Shown: piece by piece, positions 9,372-17,241 of the stretch
Position numbering within the stretch: position 1 is the first letter of the stretch
Layout of the letters: every line of letters starts with the position of its first letter
Assembly (NCBI GenBank): GCA_041665545.1
Contig: JBAYIQ010000001.1
Location: 67,495 to 131,494, forward strand
Reading direction: 5' to 3'
Source: Patescibacteria group bacterium
GTDB lineage: Bacteria > Patescibacteriota > Patescibacteriia > UBA1558 > GWA2-36-10
Length of the DNA stretch: 64,000 bases
The notes under the pieces: model-generated
What the model was told of the DNA's origin: nothing
Database searches by the model: none
Seen by the model: only the letters and a program-made list of their open reading frames with translations
Position numbers and translations under genes: made by a program

Positions 9372-11171
9372 TTATTCTTCGTTATTCAATGCTTGACGAT
9401 TGGCTTTACGACGGTCATTATCAGTTAAAGCCATTTTGCGCAAACGCACGCTTTTTGGGGTTATTTCCAAGTATTCATCATCAGCTATTATTTCCAAACC
9501 CTTTTCAATACTCAAAATATTCGGTGGCACCAAGGCAATAGCTTCATCTGAAGCTTTACTGCGCATATTGGTCAATTGCTTGCCCTTGGTGGGATTGACA
9601 TTCATATCCATGCCTTTGGCGGCATTGCCGATGACCATACCCTCGTAGACTTCCACGCCTGGTCCGATATACAGCACCCCTCTATCTTGTAGATTGTATA
9701 AAGAAAATCCTAAGGCCTTGCCAGTGGCCATGGAGACCATAGAGCCAACATCACGCTTTTTGATCTCACCAGTATAAGGACGATAGCCAATGACTCGCGC
9801 ACACAAGATGCCTTCGCCACGAGTATCAATAATAAATTCTCCCCGATAACCCAGCAAGCCCCGAGTCGGCATTTCAAATATCAAACGCGTTTGACTGCCA
9901 TGACTTTTCATACTAGTGACAATCCCCTTGCGCTTGCCGATTTTTTCCATGACTACTCCAGAACGATTTTCTGGCACATCTATAGTCACCTCTTCAAAGG
10001 GCTCCAGTTTTTTACCATCTTTTTCTTTGATAATTACTTGGGGTTGTGATACTTGCAGTTCATAACCCTCGCGACGCATGGTCTCAATCAAAATAGCAAT
10101 ATGTAATTCACCGCGACCATACACTTTGCAAGTGTCGTTGGAAAAATCAATTTTCAAGCCGACATTAATTTCCAATTCTTTTTCCAAACGCTCGCGCAGT
10201 TGCTTGCTAGTAACATATTTTCCTTCGCGTCCAGCAAAAGGAGAACTGTTCACTAAAAAATCCAAAGATATGGTGGGTTCATCCACAGTAATAGCTGGTA
10301 GCGCTTCTTGGTCAGCTGACAAACAAACAGTTTCCCCAATATCAATATCGGGAAAACCAGCCACCATTACTATATCGCCAGCCACAGCTTCCTCTACTTC
10401 CTTCCTTTCTAATCCATGAAAGGTAAATATTTTTGTAATACGACCAGTTTTATTTTCACCATTAGATTTTTTCAAAACCAAATTGCCTTTATTTTTCAAA
10501 CACCCTTCATAAATCCGACCAATAGCTAGTCGTCCCAAAAAATTATCATAGCCAAGATTGAATGGTTGAAAACGTAAAGGCAAATCTACCAAGGAAGCGG
10601 CTGGTGGAACTTTTTCTAATATCGCATCAAGCAGTGGCATGATGTCTTGAGAATCGTCAGTCAAATAACGCTTGGCAATTCCGGATTTGGCAATGGCATA
10701 AACAGTGGTAAAATCCAGTTGCTCATCAGTGGCGCCTAAGTCCAAAAATAATTCAAAAACTTGTTCATGCGCTAAATTAGGATTGGCCGCTGGTTTGTCA
10801 ATTTTGTTGAGCACCACGATTGGCTTCAAACCCAATTCCAAAGATTTTTTCAAAACAAATCTGGTCTGGGGCATAGGACCTTCTTGTGCGTCAACAACCA
10901 ACAAGACGCTGTCAATGGAGCGCAAAACCCGCTCTACTTCTGAACCAAAATCAGCGTGTCCGGGGGTATCGACAATATTTATTTTGGTGTCTTTGTAAAA
11001 CACTGAAGCATTTTTGGAATAAATCGTAATACCACGCTCTTTTTCTAGCGTATTGGAGTCCATACCCACACCTTCGTCTGCCAACATGCCGGTTTGCTTC
11101 AAAATAGCATCAGTCAAAGCAGTCTTTCCATGGTCAACGTGGGCGATAATTGCGATGTTTCTAATTTCCAT
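9372..11171 (-). CDS. typA: Translational GTPase TypA/BipA
   Basis: AIIAHVDHGKT, DTPGHADF and NKIDK GTPase motifs with a BipA C-terminal domain. Start placed at the internal MEIRN. Confidence 0.85.
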   Translation of the reverse strand: MEIRNIAIIAHVDHGKTALTDAILKQTGMLADEGVGMDSNTLEKERGITIYSKNASVFYKDTKINIVDTPGHADFGSEVERVLRSIDSVLLVVDAQEGPMPQTRFVLKKSLELGLKPIVVLNKIDKPAANPNLAHEQVFELFLDLGATDEQLDFTTVYAIAKSGIAKRYLTDDSQDIMPLLDAILEKVPPAASLVDLPLRFQPFNLGYDNFLGRLAIGRIYEGCLKNKGNLVLKKSNGENKTGRITKIFTFHGLERKEVEEAVAGDIVMVAGFPDIDIGETVCLSADQEALPAITVDEPTISLDFLVNSSPFAGREGKYVTSKQLRERLEKELEINVGLKIDFSNDTCKVYGRGELHIAILIETMRREGYELQVSQPQVIIKEKDGKKLEPFEEVTIDVPENRSGVVMEKIGKRKGIVTSMKSHGSQTRLIFEMPTRGLLGYRGEFIIDTRGEGILCARVIGYRPYTGEIKKRDVGSMVSMATGKALGFSLYNLQDRGVLYIGPGVEVYEGMVIGNAAKGMDMNVNPTKGKQLTNMRSKASDEAIALVPPNILSIEKGLEIIADDEYLEITPKSVRLRKMALTDNDRRKANRQALNNEE

Positions 11172-11245
11172 AAGTGCCAATAATACCAGAATTATAATGT
11201 TTTGGCAAGGTTTAGAGCCCAATAAAATAGCTTGCGCGCAAAACA

Positions 11246-11274
11246 TTGACAGAATTTACAATAAATGCTAATGT
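11246..11274 (+). promoter_or_regulatory. Sigma70-like promoter (TTGACA-17-TAATGT)
   Basis: TTGACAgaatttacaataaatgcTAATGT about 45 nt upstream of the RBS of the 11321 gene. Confidence 0.45.
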
Positions 11275-11320
11275 ATTTTATTATTTCGTACACCCCCAAC
11301 CCAATAAAGGATGGTGCGTC

Positions 11321-11686
11321 ATGATCGATATCCGTCAATTGCGTCAAGGACTTCTGATGCTGTGGGAACAGAGGAATCCACTCGGAAGTACAACGGGACT
11401 CATCCCCTGTGTCGTAGCTGAGGTGAAAGAAGACGCTTTTGGCATGATAGTGATGGACGATTTTCGCGTTGAGTGGGTTCATTTGGCTTCCAGCGAGATG
11501 CTTCTCAGCGAAGGTCTGCGACTGGCTTCCGAGGAAGATGTCCGCAGCTATCTGCAAGAACGTCGACGACTACTGGCCGACCAGGTCGCCAAGGCTCAGA
11601 GTCAACTCGAGGCAGCCCAGGAACGTCTTTTCTCCTACGATGCCCGCCGTGATTTTGTTCTGGCGACCTTTCCGCCGAAATCCTAG
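11321..11686 (+). CDS. GC-rich hypothetical protein (121 aa) with a predicted C-terminal coiled coil
   Basis: AAGGA RBS, ATG at 11321, about 55% GC. It is the only plus-strand gene within 49 kb. It has its own promoter and terminator. Confidence 0.55.
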   Translation: MIDIRQLRQGLLMLWEQRNPLGSTTGLIPCVVAEVKEDAFGMIVMDDFRVEWVHLASSEMLLSEGLRLASEEDVRSYLQERRRLLADQVAKAQSQLEAAQERLFSYDARRDFVLATFPPKS

Positions 11687-11733
11687 CACCATTCGGTGCT
11701 GACCCAAGAAAAAAAACACCCCCAACACCGGGG

Positions 11734-11767
11734 ATAGAGAGTCTGGTCAACTCTCTATTCTTTTTGC
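11734..11767 (+). terminator. Intrinsic terminator (perfect 9-bp stem ATAGAGAGT/ACTCTCTAT plus TCTTTTT)
   Basis: Seen directly in the sequence. Confidence 0.7.
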
Positions 11768-11789
11768 AAAAATTTATGAACAAAAAAAC

Positions 11790-11812
11790 GGCCTTAGACC
11801 GTTTTTTTATAT
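11790..11812 (-). terminator. Bidirectional terminator hairpin flanked by A-run and T-run, downstream of the cyclophilin gene
   Basis: AAAAAAACGGcctTAGACCGTTTTTTT. Confidence 0.45.
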
Positions 11813-11826
11813 AACTATTTTTTTAA

Positions 11827-12489
11827 TTACTCTATTACTTCCGCTTTTTTTATCTTTATTTCTTCTAGTGGTCTGTCCGTAGCATCTGTTTTGCTAGTGG
11901 CAATAGCATCTACCACCTCCAGACCACTCACTACTCGGCCAAAAATAGTATAGTTGTGATCTAGAGGATAATCTTGGTGCATAATGAAAAATTGACTGCC
12001 ATTGGTATTGGGACCAGAATTGGCCATGGCCACTGTGCCACGCACATAGCCAGCTTGGTAGGAAGCGTTTTTAGGATCCAGTTCATCAGCAAACTGATAG
12101 CCCGGTCCACCGCGTCCCGTGCCAGTCGGATCGCCACCTTGAATCATAAATCCAGAAATTACTCGATGAAAAATCACATTATCATAAAAGCCCTTATTAA
12201 CTAAAGTCAGAAAATTCTCCACGGTCTTGGGCGCATCACTAGCATAAAGCTCGATAGTTATATCACCTTTATTAGTTTCGATTTTTACAATTGGCATAGT
12301 TTTTTGTGTTACTGATGTGTCCACAACTGTAGTGGTAGACAGCAAATTTTCATTAGTATTAATATTTAAATTTTCGTTATTTGGCGCCGTGACTTTTTGA
12401 TTAAATTTTATAAAAAATAACCAAAACAAGAGTAGTAATAAAATAAACACGCCAATAATTTTAATCCAATTTTTGTTTAAAAAATTCAT
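11827..12489 (-). CDS. Peptidyl-prolyl cis-trans isomerase, cyclophilin type, N-terminally membrane anchored
   Basis: HRVISGFMIQGGDP and FFI cyclophilin motifs. N-terminal TM helix. Confidence 0.85.
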   Translation of the reverse strand: MNFLNKNWIKIIGVFILLLLLFWLFFIKFNQKVTAPNNENLNINTNENLLSTTTVVDTSVTQKTMPIVKIETNKGDITIELYASDAPKTVENFLTLVNKGFYDNVIFHRVISGFMIQGGDPTGTGRGGPGYQFADELDPKNASYQAGYVRGTVAMANSGPNTNGSQFFIMHQDYPLDHNYTIFGRVVSGLEVVDAIATSKTDATDRPLEEIKIKKAEVIE

Positions 12490-12558
12490 TGTGTAACTAA
12501 AAAATTATTTTTCAGCAAGCCACCTGAAAAATTCTTATATATTTTAAGAGGTCTTAAC

Positions 12559-12837
12559 TTACAAAGAACTCTCAGCAGACTCCAGTGCTCTGGCTATCCT
12601 GCTTCTAGATACTTCTGGAATATCAGCAGACTCGATCTGGCCCTTTAAAGCACCCAAAGTGCTCTTGAGAGCTTCCCTTTCTTCAGCCGAAGGGCCACTT
12701 TCTGACACTTTTGTGGCAAAAGCATTAAGACAGTTTTCAACCTCTCCATAATCACCACCACTTAAACCTTCCATAGCCCACTTTAGTTCATCGGCGGGCT
12801 TAATACCTTCTTGTTCTTGTCTTTTTTCTAAACTCAT
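12559..12837 (-). CDS. Hypothetical acidic soluble protein (92 aa)
   Basis: ORF with elevated GC (about 45%). Third gene of a 3-gene operon of unknowns. Confidence 0.5.
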   Translation of the reverse strand: MSLEKRQEQEGIKPADELKWAMEGLSGGDYGEVENCLNAFATKVSESGPSAEEREALKSTLGALKGQIESADIPEVSRSRIARALESAESSL

Positions 12838-12868
12838 AATTTTTTTATTTATTAATTAATTATTATAT

Positions 12869-13216
12869 TTAATCCTCTTTTTTCTTGCCGAGAAATATCT
12901 GTCGTAAAGCTTGAACACGTTCTGGACCAATTTTTGCTCCCATGCTATTAAGCGCCTCCTCGTCTTCTCTGAGTAAATCTTTTGCCGCTGAAGCAAGCTT
13001 GCTTTTAAGATAGTGATGATGATCAATAAAACGCAGAAGCTGTTCGCAATATTCTAGTTCTTCAATAGTCAAGCCATCTAAGGCTGGCGGTAGCAATCTT
13101 TCTTTTAAACTTTTTGCCACCTGCCAATCCATCATGTTTTCTGCTGCTTTGATTAATTCCGTTTTTTTCTCTTCTATAATTTGTTCGGGAGTTTTTGGCG
13201 CTTCTGGTCTTTCCAT
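12869..13216 (-). CDS. Hypothetical protein (115 aa)
   Basis: ORF with elevated GC. Second gene of the operon. Confidence 0.5.
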   Translation of the reverse strand: MERPEAPKTPEQIIEEKKTELIKAAENMMDWQVAKSLKERLLPPALDGLTIEELEYCEQLLRFIDHHHYLKSKLASAAKDLLREDEEALNSMGAKIGPERVQALRQIFLGKKKED

Positions 13217-13234
13217 AATAATATTATAATATTT

Positions 13235-14257
13235 TTAATTTTTAAGAATATCGCATTTCTTTTGCAAAGCTTGGAGTGATAAATTTTTTATCATTACGTC
13301 AAGATTTTGATCGCGATTGCCCATGCGAGCAACATTGTGTTGGCTAAATAGGTAGCTGTTTTCTTTTGTAGGTGATCCTTCAGGATAATCCAAATTTTCA
13401 TTTTTACGATCGCCAGCCAGCATCAGACGGCCACGCTTGATATAGGAAATGACTATCATCAAAGTTTTGTAATCGTTATAGTCAGTCAGTAAGGCGTCCA
13501 AAGCGCGACTGACCGAGGCCTCATCACCTTCGGAGCGACGAGCTTCTTCCATACCAATGTTGACTATAAAATCCAAGAGGTCAGTTGCTCTTTTGTCAAT
13601 TTCCGCCGTTTCCTTGTCTTGGTTGTAGACGATGTCGGGTAGATTGAGTACTGGCTTGGCTAATTTATCTTCGCCTTCAGACATAAAGATCACATCAGAC
13701 ACCAAGACTTCACCGACGGCTGTTTTCTCATGAATCTGAGCTAAATAAACGCCAGCTCGACGCACTGCTTCAAAGCGGTCAATATTCATCAATGCTTCAT
13801 TGCCGATCAGGTCGGCTTTATAAATATCTTGGAGTGCCGTACCCTGAGTGTAGAGTTCAGGTTTGAGTATTTCTAGACCTTTTTCGTGCTCGCCATAATA
13901 TTCTTCCAGACCCAAGTTTCTCACATTATTCATGATTTCATTGGGACGACCACGATAGCGTTTGGGGCCGGGCATAAAAAACTTAAAAAACATTTTTGGA
14001 TGTCGACGGAGCATGTCCCAAGGATCTTTCATGACATGTTCATCGTAGTTTCTCAAAAAAATATCGCCCGCCTGGTCTACCTTGGATACAGGGCCACCCA
14101 TGTCATAAATCATGTGACCAGCTTCGTCTTGCTTGATGCGACCACCATAGACACCGACAGTGCTTTCATAGTTTTGATTGGGCAAACGAGACTCGCTCAT
14201 GACTTTATTTATGCGCTCACGCGCCACACCCAGTGGATTTTCAAAACCAAATTTCAT
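13235..14257 (-). CDS. Hypothetical soluble protein (340 aa)
   Basis: ORF with intermediate GC and no recognisable motif. First gene of the operon adjacent to the tRNA-Gln locus. Confidence 0.55.
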   Translation of the reverse strand: MKFGFENPLGVARERINKVMSESRLPNQNYESTVGVYGGRIKQDEAGHMIYDMGGPVSKVDQAGDIFLRNYDEHVMKDPWDMLRRHPKMFFKFFMPGPKRYRGRPNEIMNNVRNLGLEEYYGEHEKGLEILKPELYTQGTALQDIYKADLIGNEALMNIDRFEAVRRAGVYLAQIHEKTAVGEVLVSDVIFMSEGEDKLAKPVLNLPDIVYNQDKETAEIDKRATDLLDFIVNIGMEEARRSEGDEASVSRALDALLTDYNDYKTLMIVISYIKRGRLMLAGDRKNENLDYPEGSPTKENSYLFSQHNVARMGNRDQNLDVMIKNLSLQALQKKCDILKN

Positions 14258-14300
14258 TATAATTATAGATAATTTTTGTATATTAAATCTAAAAATGTTT

Positions 14301-14319
14301 TGGCTGCCGGATAGGGACT
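14301..14319 (-). pseudogene. tRNA-Gln 3'-end fragment (acceptor/T-arm remnant) plus duplicated downstream flank
   Basis: TGGCTGCCGGATAGGGACT matches the 3' end of the tRNA at 14600-14673. The preceding flank TATATTAAATCTAAAAATGTTT resembles that tRNA's own flank. Confidence 0.5.
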
Positions 14320-14507
14320 TCCGCGTCGCTCACCCATTAATTTTAATAAGTTGTTCGCTCCTTGTCCTGGGCAGCGCTCAAAGCTACGCCAGCTCACTTT
14401 GAGCGACGCTCGATTTATTCGCTACGCTCATATCTCGCTTCTGCCCGTTCGAGTCCCTTTCATGTATTTAATAACTGGGAAAAAATTTAAATTTATTTCA
14501 CATGACT

Positions 14508-14550
14508 TGGCTGCCGGATAGGGACTCGAACCCCAATTACCAGGGCCAGC
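14508..14550 (-). pseudogene. tRNA-Gln 3'-half fragment (about 43 nt, anticodon-stem 3' strand through CCA)
   Basis: Aligns to the full tRNA at 14600-14673 from the CCA back to GGGCCAG, then diverges. There is no 5' half. Confidence 0.55.
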
Positions 14551-14599
14551 CTGCCCCGCTCGCCGAGCACTAAACGCTTATATTAAATTAAAAAAATAT

Positions 14600-14673
14600 T
14601 GGCTGCCGGACAGGGAGTCGAACCCCGATTACTAGGGCCAGAACCTAGCGTCCTACCATTAGACGATCCGGCA
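14600..14673 (-). tRNA. tRNA-Gln (anticodon CTG)
   Basis: Reverse complement folds as a canonical cloverleaf: acceptor TGCCGGA/TCCGGCA, D-loop AATGGTA, anticodon loop TTCTGGC, T-loop TTCGACT, encoded CCA. Confidence 0.8.
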
Positions 14674-14698
14674 ATAATTAAATTAGTTTTTTAAAAAA

Positions 14699-14758
14699 CA
14701 ACGGTGACTCGCGAGGCGGGCCGGGGAACCTAGCGTCCTACCATTAGACGATCCCCGA
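14699..14758 (-). pseudogene. tRNA 5'-half fragment (first 32 nt) fused to an unrelated GC-rich tail ending in a T-run
   Basis: Reverse complement reads TCGGGGATCGTCTAATGGTAGGACGCTAGGTT. This matches the acceptor of the Gln(TTG) tRNA and the D and anticodon stems of Gln(CTG). It is followed by CCCCGGCCCGCCTCGCGAGTCACCGTTGTTTTTT. Confidence 0.5.
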
Positions 14759-14917
14759 ACAAATAAAAACTGGCTTTTTATTTTAAACTATTTACAACTT
14801 TAGACATAAATTATACAAGGTACGACTTGCCCGCCAAAACTCCGAAGGAGTGACGGCGGGTCCCCGAATGGCTATAAATAACTAAAAAATAATATAATAA
14901 TTCTGTTGCTTAGTCAA

Positions 14918-16420
14918 TCAAATCAACTCTCCCCCAAAAGTATCAATAATATCCTCAACTTCTTTTTCGTTTTTTCCTTTATACACTTGGTGATTTTGTA
15001 CAAAATCATCGTCAATAATAAAATCCAGCAACAATTTATTGTTGGTCAGTTTAAAAACTATGTCGCTTATTGTACTTTTGACTGACGATTTGTTGAGCTG
15101 TTCTAGATGAAAATTGTACTGCAAGCCAACCAAAACCTGTTTTTCATCCAAAGTCAGCGGATGGCTATTCTGCAATAAGACTGCTAATGATTTATTTATT
15201 TTTCTGGTTTCTTCAATGACCTGTTGCCAAACTTGATATTGAGTTGAGCCACCAGTATTTATAGGTGTGGTGGCTGTTTTCTTCAATTCCGGTTCGCCGA
15301 GATTCTGACTACTGGTCATTTCTGGTGATTTTTTTAATAAATATTCCACGCAAGCCAATTCCAAAGGCAGTTGTTCCACTAAAGTATCTTTTATGGCCAG
15401 CTTGGTCAAAATAATATTTATTAACCTAGATAAATCCGGTACTGAAAAATCTCGCGCATGATTTATTATTGCTTCTTTTATTTCATCAGCGGCGTCTATT
15501 TGCCAGCTACTACCCACAATATTATAAAGCATTATCTGTCGCAAATACTCCAGCAGATCAGCAATAAAAATTTTTAAATCAATGCCTTCGTTGACTAATT
15601 TATTTATCTGATTGAGTGCCGCGGCTAAATTTTGGACTTTCAAGGCCTCAATCAATTCATTGATTTCTTTCCAATTACTGCGTGGCAATACCAAAGAAGC
15701 CAATTCATCGCTTATCTTTCCTTGGCCCAATGACATTATCTGACCCAAGAGCGACTCGGCGTCTCTCATGCCACCATCCGCTCGTCTGGCAATTTCTGTC
15801 AAAATATGATCCGGCACTATTGTTTTTTCCCACTCTACTATCTCACTCAGACGACTCAATATTTCACTTTGAGTCAATTTTTTGAAATCAAATCTTTGAC
15901 AACGGGAAATTATAGTTTGCGGTACTTTGTGTATTTCGGTAGTGGCTAAAACAAAAACTATTCTAGCTGGTGGCTCTTCTAAGGTTTTCAATAAGGCATT
16001 GAAAGCCGACTTGGAAAGCATGTGCACCTCATCGATGATAAATATTTTGTAGCCAGTTTTGCTAAAAGGCGGCACTTGCGCGCTATTGATAATATTATCG
16101 CGAACATTATCAACCCCAGTATGTGAAGCGGCGTCAATCTCTATCACATCCATTGACTGATTGTTGTTTAACTGGCGGCAGACACTGCATTCATTGCAGG
16201 GCTCAGCACTTGCTTCTTTTCTGTTTAGACAATTTAAAGAACGGGCCAATAACCTTGCAATAGTGGTTTTGCCCGTGCCCCTTGGCCCAACAAACAAATA
16301 AGCATGCGCTATTTGACCAGAGATTATCTCATTTTCGAGAGTCACTTTTATAGGCCTCTGGCCAACAACTTCCTTAAATGTTTTTGGCCGATATTTTCTG
16401 TAAATTACTTCCGAATTCAT
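14918..16420 (-). CDS. dnaX: DNA polymerase III subunit gamma/tau
   Basis: GPRGTGKTT Walker A, DEVHML, zinc-finger cysteines (CNECSVC), SRC motif. Confidence 0.9.
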   Translation of the reverse strand: MNSEVIYRKYRPKTFKEVVGQRPIKVTLENEIISGQIAHAYLFVGPRGTGKTTIARLLARSLNCLNRKEASAEPCNECSVCRQLNNNQSMDVIEIDAASHTGVDNVRDNIINSAQVPPFSKTGYKIFIIDEVHMLSKSAFNALLKTLEEPPARIVFVLATTEIHKVPQTIISRCQRFDFKKLTQSEILSRLSEIVEWEKTIVPDHILTEIARRADGGMRDAESLLGQIMSLGQGKISDELASLVLPRSNWKEINELIEALKVQNLAAALNQINKLVNEGIDLKIFIADLLEYLRQIMLYNIVGSSWQIDAADEIKEAIINHARDFSVPDLSRLINIILTKLAIKDTLVEQLPLELACVEYLLKKSPEMTSSQNLGEPELKKTATTPINTGGSTQYQVWQQVIEETRKINKSLAVLLQNSHPLTLDEKQVLVGLQYNFHLEQLNKSSVKSTISDIVFKLTNNKLLLDFIIDDDFVQNHQVYKGKNEKEVEDIIDTFGGELI

Positions 16421-16426
16421 AAAGGC

Positions 16427-17005
16427 CTAAAAATCTATTTCAATATCGTCGAATTTATTTTTTTTATTTTTTATGACATTTTCTACGGCTGACCAAGTGC
16501 TGTCATGATCCTTGGGCACCAGAATAACTATTTCATCGCCTTCTTCGCCTTTGAAGTAGGTGACGCTGGCCATCAAAACTCGATAAATTTTGTCCCCAGC
16601 CAAAACCACAAATTCTCCCAAATTTTTGTCCTTGACCAAACGTCCCACCAAGCGACTGCGTTCTACTGGTGAAATTTGCTTGTAGACAAAAGCGCCAGAA
16701 CGATCAATGGTTAGCTTCAATATATCACCCTCAACCAGCTTGGATTTGGAAGCGTAATTGGCTGGCACAGAATATTGTTTGCCATCAGGACCGATCATGA
16801 TCTGCCCATTGAAAATACCTTCCACCACTACACCGGTCTCATTCTCATCCTCTTTGCCAACACCAGCTGCTTTCAAGCTATAATCAACCGCCTGCTTACC
16901 ACTGGAGCCAGTCAATTCGCCCATAATCAGCTTGGTTTTCTTCAGTTCCAATTCCAGCGAATATATTAAGGATTCTAATTCTTTTATTTTTTTTGCTTGG
17001 GACAT
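16427..17005 (-). CDS. Hypothetical protein (192 aa) with an N-terminal coiled coil
   Basis: ORF co-oriented with and adjacent to dnaX. No recognisable motif. Confidence 0.5.
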   Translation of the reverse strand: MSQAKKIKELESLIYSLELELKKTKLIMGELTGSSGKQAVDYSLKAAGVGKEDENETGVVVEGIFNGQIMIGPDGKQYSVPANYASKSKLVEGDILKLTIDRSGAFVYKQISPVERSRLVGRLVKDKNLGEFVVLAGDKIYRVLMASVTYFKGEEGDEIVILVPKDHDSTWSAVENVIKNKKNKFDDIEIDF

Positions 17006-17110
17006 TTTTATTTTTGTTTACCGAAAAAATCTCTGTTTCGTCTATAAAATTACCATAAAAAAATTTATTTGGCAATAATTTTATTTTTCCTAAATATTTA
17101 TCAAAATACC

Positions 17111-17226
17111 AAATATTTTGGCTACCCGCCTTGACTCGCCAAGCTATCAAATTATTAGATATTTTACCTAATATTAGCCAAAAAATAAGAATTAACCCTT
17201 AATAATAAGGCGAGGCAGGATTTTAG
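17111..17226. repeat. Copy 2 of the ~115-nt intergenic repeat (see 2518-2629)
   Basis: Arms identical to copy 1. It lies immediately downstream of the stop of the VirB4-like gene. Confidence 0.7.
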
Positions 17227-17241
17227 CCAAAATACTGACAA

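Noticed and set aside
11246-11320. Longer N-terminal extension of the 11321 gene (MTEFTINAN...)
   Set aside because: The extension begins inside the predicted -35/-10 promoter and lacks an RBS. The internal ATG at 11321 has an AAGGA RBS at the correct spacing.
14760-14917. SRP (4.5S/ffs) RNA expected next to dnaX
   Set aside because: No AGGUCCGGAAGGAAGCAGC-like domain IV motif is present. Only a UUCG hairpin is found.
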